A DNA stretch of 64,000 bases from Octopus sinensis (lineage: Eukaryota), in contig NC_043012.1 of NCBI RefSeq assembly GCF_006345805.1, forward strand, positions 56,048,001 to 56,112,000, given 5' to 3'. The notes beneath the pieces were generated by a model that saw nothing but the letters and a program-made list of their open reading frames with translations, was not told the DNA's origin and did no database searches. Below, one piece after another: positions 53,864 to 64,000 of the stretch. How positions within the stretch are numbered: position 1 is the first letter of the stretch; every line of letters starts with the position of its first letter. A program made the position numbers and the translations under genes.

Positions 53864-54415
53864 TTTCTTTCAGTTTCTGTCTACCAAATCCACTCGCAAG
53901 GATTTGTTTGGCTCAAAACTATAGTAGAAAACACTCAAAGTTCCACACTGTAGGACTGAACCCAAAACCATGTGGTTAGGAAGCAAGCTTCTTACCACAC
54001 AGGGATTTTAATTTTTACAAGATAGTCATGTGATTACAAAATTCACTTGGCAACCACATGGTTCTCAGTCCAGTCCCACCACATGATACCTTAGGGAAGT
54101 ACCTAGCACTACAGCTTCAGGCTACCCAATGCCTTGTGAGTGAAACTGATAGATCAAAACTGAGAAGCCCTTCATATATATATATATATATACCCATACT
54201 CCTCAGCAGAAGTGCTAAGACCAGTCCCTCAGGTGGTGATAAACACTCATGGTGGTGCCATGTAAAAGCACCCATGTGATGCCATGTAGAAGTGCCCAGC
54301 CCTAGAAACCATGTAAAATCAGACAGGAATCTGGTGCAGCTCCCCAGCTTGCCAGTTCTGATCAAACTATCCAACCCATGCCAACATGGACAACAGATGT
54401 TAAATGATGATGATG

Positions 54416-54460
<45 letters not shown>

Positions 54461-55402
54461 TTTGGCAATGGATTAATGTCCTACCTAGGTGCTCGAGCAC
54501 AAACAATGTTTACATTCTCCAGTAAGCAAAAATCCCACAATTTCAGTAGTCCCATTGCTTTTGACATATGAGGACCACCAGAGCATCCAGCCATAGAAAG
54601 ATCTGCCTCAACAAGTTGTATCTAACCCATGTCATTAAGGAAAAACAAACATAAAACAACGATGATGATGATGATGGATGCATGTATTTTCAGCTTATTT
54701 TAATATTAGCTGAACCAAAACCAATACTTGTAACTTTAGCTATATAAAAAGGTGTCTTACTAAGTGATAAGGATGATATTCCAACAGTCACAGAGGCATT
54801 GGAGCCTAGTACTTATCACTGCAAGTTCATTGTCCCAAAAGTCATCACTCAACAACCAGTGGAATGATGCTGTTAAACTAAAAGCAGCAGTCTTGGTTGC
54901 TAAAATTTAGGCCAATTCATTTAAAATAATAATAATAATAATAGTAATAGTAATAATAATAGTAAAACACTGTCGACTACCAACCAAAGTATGCAATAAA
55001 TGTGCCCAACTGGTGTAGCATAAACACTAGTGACATCATTTTAGGCGTTGGTTATTTTACAGGAACTAACATGATGAGAATAATTTTATCACTTGAAATG
55101 GATTTGGTGATTTATTTATGCTATGTATATAATATTATATAACTGTAATATATTAGGAATGTTGGTATAAAGTATGTTGCAGGTATTTTCTTTAATTTCT
55201 AAGATGAATTGCTTCATGAGATTCTCAACAAAACTATTTAGATTACTTACATCAGTCTATTCTATGGTAGAGTAGTTCATTTGAGTACACCAGTAGGAGG
55301 TATGTCTCATTAATATCTAGGTATTAAATGTGATGTGTTTACTGAATATATTTAACACAGATACAATATTATATATGTTTATGTACATCTAGTGGTTAGG
55401 GC

Positions 55403-55435
<33 letters not shown>

Positions 55436-56862
55436 ATATTATATATATATATGTGTGTGTGTGTACACACCCTAGGCAACTATATATATATAGTTGCCTA
55501 GGGTGTGTACATGTAGTGGCCTATAGTGGTTAGGGTGTGTGGTAACCACAATTCCAAGATTGCAATTTCAGTTTCCTGACTGATTGCGTATGTGTGTGTT
55601 GTGTTCTTGAATAAAACACTTCATTTCATACAGTGCCAGTCCACTCAGCTGTAAATGGGTAACCCTATGACAGGCTGACATTCTGTTCAAGAGGAATGTT
55701 GTCTTGTCTTGCCTGCCTAGTCAGTGGGGTGGCATCATTTGAAAGCTGGAACAATACAAAGACAAGCATTGTGACCACTGTCTACTCTGGCATAGGTTCT
55801 ACAGCTAAATGCCCTTCCTAATGCCAACCACTTTACAGCATGTACTGGGTGCTTTTTTTTTTCTTTTTTTCATGCTACCAGTACTAGTGAAGTTACCATA
55901 AGGCTTGCAAGAATACAAGCTTCAAGGGAGGCAGCTTTATGCTAGGAGATGAGAGATTAAAGTATGAGAGAAAAGACCACAGCTGAACGAGTTTCTTATT
56001 GTAGAGAGGTGTTAAATGACTAACATACTTATTTTAAATATTTTAAAAGCAAACAGTGAAAGGTTTAAATTACATTAGTATATTTTCATAAAATGACCTC
56101 AATCATTTTTATATGAAAATACTTCAAAAGGCACAACATGAACATCTAACATCAGACGTTCAGAAACAACTTCAACTTTTTAAAGGAAACCTTGTCTTTA
56201 ATTAATTAAAAGCACCAGTAATTAAGGTTTATTGTGATTATCCTGATTGACTCGAGCAGGCAAATCACAGAAGGGTTATAGAACATGCTGGGTAGTACTC
56301 AACAGCCAGTCATGAAGGGGTTTCTGATGACTAATTAATTAATTAATAACACAAACTGTGGCCTACACCAACATCCATCATAACTGGTTTAGTACAATAA
56401 TGAAACGGTAACATAATTTGTAACGAGATAATTGATTACTACAAATTGATGAATGTACAGAATATTTTAAAGAAATACACTGAGAAACATTTTTTTTTTT
56501 TCAAATGTAAACATAATCTGCTTTGGTGAAAGCGACAAAGAATCTGTAACTCAAAATCAGACAAATATCCCAAGAGACTGTTATTAAAGCACTGAGTTTT
56601 ACAATTTTCTTGTTAATGCTTATATCCTAGTGAAACACATATATGCATGCTTCCACACAGTATGGTATTTGTCTGCCAATATTCCCTTGCTAGTTATTGG
56701 TCAAACCAAAAGTTACAGATGAAGAAATCTGCCGAAAGCCTCTGCACCATGGGATTGAACCTAAAACCACATGCTTGTGAAACTTCTTAACCATACAGCC
56801 ATTCTTGCACCAATGTTTATATGCACTTCATGCTAACATTCTCCTACCAAACCTGTAACATG

Positions 56863-56893
<31 letters not shown>

Positions 56894-58495
56894 TGCATGC
56901 ACACACACAATCTTTAAAACAGGAAAACATGAAAATAAATACTTCAGACAAGATTACATTTCAAGCTGGATTAAAGTGAGGACCACAGCTCATACATATT
57001 AAATTGGAGTAAATATATCTAATATTTAAACATAAGCTATTTTGTTTTTCTATTCATTTCCTTTTAAACAAAACACATCTTGGACTGTGGTTCTTATTCA
57101 ACTACAATTACTACATATAAAAGCACTAAAACATTATACGGACACTATCTGGATGATGAGGTAGTCATCAGTAGAGCAGGGAAAAAGATGATGTTATTAG
57201 TAAAAAGCACATTTCACATCAAACATGGCCCATTTGGTCTCAAGGGGACTGAGGAATATAACTTCATGCAGTTGAATATGTTATCTAACCCCAGATTAAC
57301 TATACCCCCTTGACTGAAAATTTTCTAACTGTAATCATCCACTATCCCTGATTCTGTTGGTTATGACAAAGTTTTCCAGTTAATACGATCGACTAAACCT
57401 GTTCACGAAATTAACGTGCAAGTGGCTGAGCACTCCACAAACTCATGTACCCTTAACATAGTTCTCAGGGAGATTCAGTATGACACAAAATGTGACAAGG
57501 CTGGCCCTTTGAAATACACGTGTAACTCATTTTTGCCAACTGAGTGGAATGGAGCAACGTGAAATAAAGTGTCTTGCTCAAGGATACAAGCCACCAACTA
57601 GTCAAGAGCTAAATACTCTAACCACTGAGCCTGTGCCTTCACCCCGAAGCCATATACCTTCCCGTACTGTGTATTGAGAGCTACATTATCTCAATAAGGC
57701 CAACATGATATGAGGGGGTTTTAACTACCCTGTAGAAACTCCCTCAATTAGCTTCTGTTTATGAGGAGGAACTAATGGTTCTCCAAAACCAATCTGTAAA
57801 AAGAAAATAAACCTGGCACTCTGAGCAAGTGAAACACTCATCAGTTTCACAGTGCTGCAGCTGCTTAGTGACATCCTGATTCTATACTGCTTATTTGCAA
57901 CTAAGTGAACTGAACCATTTGAGACTTATGTGCCTCAATCACAGATTACAGAATGCTAGTGACATAGAGGCATTTCTTTCATGTATTTTAGTGCTGTGGG
58001 AATTCCCAGCCTTTTTTTATTTTATTTATTTATTTATTTTTACTTTTTTTTAGCTGGTCAATACTTTTCATGTTGAACATATTGCCACTCTAATATTCCA
58101 ATAACATTTGAGAAATGAAAAGCTGCATTAGATAAAAGGCTGTAGATAGTTTATCATACTACCTCGAGTTTAAATTATATATCTTTCTTTCTCGTGTGTG
58201 TGTGTGGTGCTATTTTAGATCCAGGTTCCATGCTAACAAGGGTTGGAGGAATTGAGAGGACTGGATGAGCCCAAGGACTGAAACATGCTCAAGGGCCTGC
58301 TTTGGTATGGTTTCTATGGTCAGATGTCCTTCCTAACACTAACCACTTTAACCCTTTTGATACCAAGCTGTCTGAAACGATGAACTTCAAGGGACAGCTT
58401 TATGCGCAGAGATGAGCGATACAAGTATGAGAGAAGAGACCTGAGCAAAGTAAGTTTCTTGCTGTAGAGAAGCTACATGACCACTGTCTCTCCAT

Positions 58496-58550
<55 letters not shown>

Positions 58551-58747
58551 CTGCGTGTGTACCGTTGGCGATTTTTTTTTTCCTCCGCCTTCCCTTCTTT
58601 GGATCTTTCTTTTTCCTATGTTTCTGACGAAGAGCCCCGCTCGAAATGTTAAACCCTCCTTCTTTCCTGAGCGTCCAATAATACTATATTTGTTCCACGT
58701 CCTCGCGTTGTTGTGTTTTCTCTTTGTGTTTTCATGTTTGGATTAAC

Positions 58748-58748
<1 letters not shown>
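58551..58748 (+). mobile_element. Penelope-like retroelement terminal (pLTR-like) fragment carrying the hammerhead
   Basis: CpG-retaining ~200 bp unit between a (TG)n and a (TA)n tract, with a hammerhead core. Hammerheads in terminal repeats are an established feature of Penelope-like elements. No coding sequence is present. Confidence 0.55.
58620..58654 (+). ncRNA. Minimal type I hammerhead ribozyme motif
   Basis: GTTT-CTGACGA-A-GAGC(CCC)GCTC-GAAA-TG-TT-AAAC. Contains the CUGANGA and GAAA core, a 4 bp stem II, a 4 bp stem I (GTTT/AAAC), a near-palindromic stem III (ATGT) and a UH cleavage site at 58649-58650. Confidence 0.75.
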
Positions 58749-58781
<33 letters not shown>

Positions 58782-61700
58782 TACAACAAGCTTCTTTCTG
58801 TTTCCATCTACCAAATCCACTCGCAAGGCTTTGGTCAGCCTGATTCTATAATAGAAGACACTTGCCTAAGGTGCCATGCAGTGGGACAGAACCTGGAACC
58901 ATATGACTGGGAAATGCAACGCTAACTTATTTGCTGGTAATCCAGTACATTTGAACTGGGCAAGCATGCCAGTTGGTAGAATATCTCAGTTGCTCAAACT
59001 GCTAAAGGTAGCAGCTAAATCTCCTTCAAATCAAGAAAGATGAGGGAGGAAACATTAGACAACATAGGCCTGGATACATAAAAAGGTGAGACGGTCACAG
59101 CTAGAAAGTCATTGATCGTAGCTCTGACACTGACTGAACAGCAACAGGTGAGCAGAGCAAAGTAAATGCTACAGTAATAGCAATAATGAAGATATTCGAA
59201 GTGACGGCAATTCTTGCTGGCCAAAATAATCAAATAAAGAAATCAGTACCAAGTATCATTGCCTGACAAATCAATATCTACAATACATGTAGTTTTAGAT
59301 TTACTTCTTCAGTTTTTTTTTTTATTTATTTATTTAGCCTTACTATGATTTGGTGGTGCAGAGCATTGGTTTTTTCTTTTGTTTTTTTTTTAATTCAGAT
59401 ATTTGTCTATTACTGAAGCAATTCTCTCAATCTCTTTTCCCCCATCACCACTGCTGTATATCATTGCTACATCTATTTAGCGACTTACTCAACATTGAGA
59501 TATGCCAAGCAATCATCCTACCACTGACCTAATGACACAGCCACCATGTAGTGGCCACTGAAGCAACTAGAAACAGCAGCCAGATCTCAGTCAAATCACA
59601 CCTGTTCATCTCAAATTTGGATGAAAGGAAAATGCACTGGACATTATAGTTTCCGATAAACAAAAGGGACAGGATGGAAACAACCACAATGCATTCAATC
59701 ATAGCTAAGTTTCTTCAATTAGGGATGACCGGGACTAAGCAACAACAACCTTGAAGAAGCTGTCAGACGAACAGACAGAACAAAGCAGTTATGTACATCA
59801 CTGTGGGATAGGAGGGTGGGTACCACCAAATGTCAGTGATAGGTAAAATTTGAAATACTATGGTACGAGAGAATCCCTCAACCAAACAAAAGTAGAAAAT
59901 ATGTGAACAACGTTAAAGCTGAGGAGATTTAATAAATTATGAGGTAAATATATATTTAGAGATAATTAGCAACAATATATTATTTAGGCAAAATATTTCA
60001 CACTTCCTTCAGTGGATAGTTACCCACCCCCACCACCACCCCCACTATCGCTATCACACCTCACATATATTTTATGCCTATAAGCAGACATTCTTCATTA
60101 TTTTTGGTAAGAGAAAACATTATTAAACATTTTAATAGCCATTATACACCTAAGCTATATTCACACCAAGTATTAGTGAAACTTTTCTAATTTATATTTT
60201 ATGTACGTGACACCTTAGTTTCTACGATTTTGCACACAAGCATTGTGTGTGTTTGTGAGTACTGTATGCACATGCCTGTACACAAGTGCATACATTTATG
60301 AACAGGTCTACATATGCACTTATATTCATGCAGGCTTATACTGATGTGTAAATGCTTTATATATATATATTTGACTGATTCCCCCACCCCACCCACAGTT
60401 AAATATCAACATACAAAAATAATATAAATAACTTCATATATGATACTTAGAACGAATTCTACTCAAAATTATTTACAGATTGGCAGAATCAGCAGAGTGA
60501 AAGACAAAATGTCTTACAGGATTTAGTTGTAGCCCTTTTACGTTCTAAGTTCAAATCACACTGACGTCAACTTTGCCTTTCATCTTTTCAAGATCAATAA
60601 AATAAAGTACCAGTCGAGTACTGAGATCAATATAATTGACTAAAGTATGCCTGTGTTAAAAATAATTATTCTAAAATGCCTTGTGGTATTTGTTGCGGTT
60701 CTTTCTCTTCTAAGTTCAAACCCCATCAACATCAATTTCACCTTTTCATCCCTCTGGTGTTAAAACAAAGTATCTGTCAGGTACTCGAATCAATTCGATT
60801 GACTAAATCCCTTTCCCAATAATAAATTGAAATATCTTTAAGTTTACTAACAACAACATCATTTGATGTCTGTTTTCCATGCTTGCATGGGGTGTACAGT
60901 TTGACAGGAACTGCCAAGTCAGAAGACTGCACCAAAGTATGTCTGCATTGGCATGGTTTTTTACAGCATGAACCGGTTGCTTATTATGTGGCACCAGTAG
61001 CAGTGAGGTTACCAAATAATTTACAAGACGAGACCCCTCAACAGAATACAGAGTTGTATTGGGGAAGGTGGATTTGTGCCAGGTGAGAGGAGTATAAATA
61101 GAGGGACAGAAATAGATGTCTTGCAGTCAAAACGATACATGGCTACCCCAACAGGAGAGAGAAAAAGAGAAGGGAACAAAAAATATTTCCAATACAGGTC
61201 TGCTCATGCAGACCTATAATTGTCCCTGTTGACATGCCAACCCTTTTTCAGCCATAATGTATCTCGTGTATATACAGGTGGTAGGCTTCACATAACACCT
61301 GGCTTAACATCCTGTTAGAATAGCAACCAAATCTACCATCAAAAGCAAAAAAAGGGAAAGAGTGAGGTCGCATATAAGTTTCACCTGGAGTGATGTTAAC
61401 GCCAAGCACTGAGGTTGATGTAATCAACAATAATGGTCTCTGGTTTTTGGGTGGGTTTAGCAGAGTTTATTCTTTTGTGATCATTTGTACCAGATTCCTG
61501 GTTCCCTCTCTGCCCAGGTTTTCTTCTTTCATACATCAGCCACATGAATCTCAACAATCGGAGAGGGTCTGCTGCAAAAGTCATCCTTTTTTCTCTTACA
61601 CACCGTTTCAAATTTTGGCATAAAGCCAGCAACTTTAGAGAAAGGGGAGAAAGCAATACTTGATTGCTATTTCATTTTATCAACCCTAAAAAGATAAAAG

Positions 61701-63321
61701 GTAACTCTTACCTCAACCAGATTTGAGCTTAGACCGGAAAGAGCAGAAAGAAATACTCATAAGAATTTTCTCTGACGTGCTAAAAACTGTGCCAGTAGCA
61801 GCAAGCTGACAGAACTATTTTATTATTAAATGAGAAAAATATAAAATGCACTACATTATCTAGTACATCCTTCCTTTTTCTCAGACAGAAAGGTGTAATC
61901 TGAAGGAAATTTGGTTGCTATTTCTAGTAGGTGAAGCAGCTACGTAGACACTTCTTCACTCACTAGAAAGATTAAGTTTTGTTAGTTTTTCAATTTCAAT
62001 CCTTCCTAAAAGGCAAAGTGCTTCTAGTAAAATATTATTTCAATAATACCCTGTATGTGATCCTAACATATTCCCTAAGCTGCAGTTTTTTTAGTAGAAT
62101 TCACAAAAATAATTATGAAATTAAAGTACAAAGTGTAAGTTAGCAGAGAAGAATTTTCTTACACTAACTATATAAAGATCAACCAATCTCAAAGAGTGAC
62201 AACTCTAAAATTAGAACAGCCATATGTTGCAATTAGATAGATTTTCTGCCTGTGTGAAGTCAGTTTTTCTAGTAGTAGGTGGCAGGACTATCCACAATAT
62301 ACTTCACAGCTATCTGAAGACATAAACAAACATTTTTATCATTGTTAGTAGTATTATGACAGCGAAGATGGAATCTATTTGGATTCACCTGTAATATATT
62401 TCGAATGTTGTTTTATTTAAACCCCTCCCTAGACTATTCTATAACTACAGTTAAACTTCTTGTGACGGTGATGTGTTTTTCCTCCCCCGCAGGAATATAA
62501 AGACTCAGCAAGTAAGAAATGTCAACTGTTTCAACTTTCCATAAAAAGTAACATGCATACAAGAATTTAGAAACTTCAAGAGAACATGAAATAATTCATT
62601 TATAATGGGTAGAACTTGAAAAACACAAAGCCATAATAATGGCATGTGAATATTGAGTTAAAAACCTCTTTTGGATAAAAAAAAGATGAAGTCCCATGCG
62701 CAATCTTCAACTTTTATCCAAAGGGGATTTTTAACCCATGCTTCCCAACCACGTGGTTCAGGGTTCAGTCCTATTGCATGGCACCTTAGGCAAGGGTCTT
62801 CTACTATAACCACAGGCCAATTAAAGCCTTGTGAGTGGATTTGCTAGACAGAAACTGAAAAAAGCCCACCATATATATGTACAACAAAGACACACACATG
62901 TATTTTGTGTGTCTGTTTGTCCCACCATCACCGCTTGACAACTGATGCTGTTGTGTTTACGTCACCTTAACTTATCAGTTTGGCAAAAGAGACCAATAGA
63001 ATAAGTACCAGGCCTCTAAAAAAATAAGGATTTGGGGCAATACATTTAACAAAAACAATGCAAGGTGGTGTCCCAGCATGGCCACAGTCTAATGAAAAAC
63101 AAGTAAACATATATATATATATATTATCATCATCATCATTTAGCATCCGCTTTCCATGCTAGCATGGGTTGGACGGTTCAACTGGGGTCTGGGAAGCCAG
63201 AAGGCTGCACCAGGACCAGTCTGATTTGGCAATGCCCTTCCTAAACACAGCATTTCATACAGAAATGCAAATAAATCTTATTTTTAAAATAAATCTTCAC
63301 ATCTTTTATGAAATATAGATG

Positions 63322-63358
<37 letters not shown>

Positions 63359-64000
63359 CCTGTTTCATGTATACGGCTTTGATTATTGCTTGCAAGCTCA
63401 AGTACAAGGAGTCACCCCAGAGATTATGTTTATATATATTATACACATCACACACACACACTCAAACAAATCAGATTAATAATAATAAATTACTGTAGTT
63501 AGGTAATAACTAACATCTGTTATAATTCCATTCATAACTAAGATGAATTATAGGAATATACAAAGACTTTAATACTTCACTGATAAACTGTTTTGTCAAG
63601 CTTGTAAAGATAAAAGGTAAAAACTGATCTCAGTAGGATTTGAACTCAGTACATAAAAGGCCATCATTAAATACTACAAGACACTTTGTCAGAGACTAAT
63701 AATGACTCTGCTAGTAGCATCTTTTAATTAGTAAAATATATCATGATTTACTTCCACCCACCTCATTCATGAAACAGCAGCCATTACAGTCATGTAATGT
63801 AACTAATGCAATTACTTCTATGTGAAAGAAACTGGAATGAAAACACAAATCTCAATTTAGCACCAAGCAGTTCATTTAATCACATATGTTCTCAGAACTA
63901 GTATTTTGTGGTTTTCTTCAACAACACCATGGCATTTCATTTCATTTTGGCTATCTTTAAAAAAAAAAAAGAGTTCAAACTGTCGTAAGCATTGCAGTTA

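Noticed and set aside
62493-62511. Plus-strand 19 nt microexon-like pattern (CCCCCGCAG|...|GTAAGA)
   Set aside because: No other plus-strand exons or gene found, length is not a multiple of 3, and the context looks like a dispersed repeat.

Overview
AT-rich (roughly one-third GC by eye), repeat-dense eukaryotic genomic DNA. The SINE families look like those of an octopod cephalopod (Octopus-like); this is recognition from memory, not a database result. The only protein-coding gene I can support is the 5' end of SLMAP (sarcolemmal membrane-associated protein, FHA-domain STRIPAK subunit) on the minus strand. Coding exon 1 is at 34088-34276 and coding exon 2 at 10987-11143, separated by a ~23 kb intron; later exons were not found and probably lie left of the window. 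A candidate non-coding 5'UTR exon lies at 47112-47341. The rest is intron or upstream DNA filled with several tRNA-derived SINE families, LINE relics (RTE, CR1), TIR-bearing MITEs and micro/minisatellites. The most notable non-coding signal is a near-canonical minimal type I hammerhead ribozyme (58620-58654) inside a young, microsatellite-embedded ~200 bp Penelope-like terminal fragment. Other leads are an overlapping uORF at the SLMAP start, a CpG-enriched intronic segment with a strong acceptor, close inverted SINE/MITE pairs (candidate ADAR substrates), a SINE-LINE shared tail, and a perfect 50 bp palindrome. There is no CRISPR, rRNA or bona fide tRNA gene, and almost all ORF-track entries are repeat artefacts. 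Repeat boundaries are approximate (about +/-10-20 bp) unless a target-site duplication (TSD) is given.
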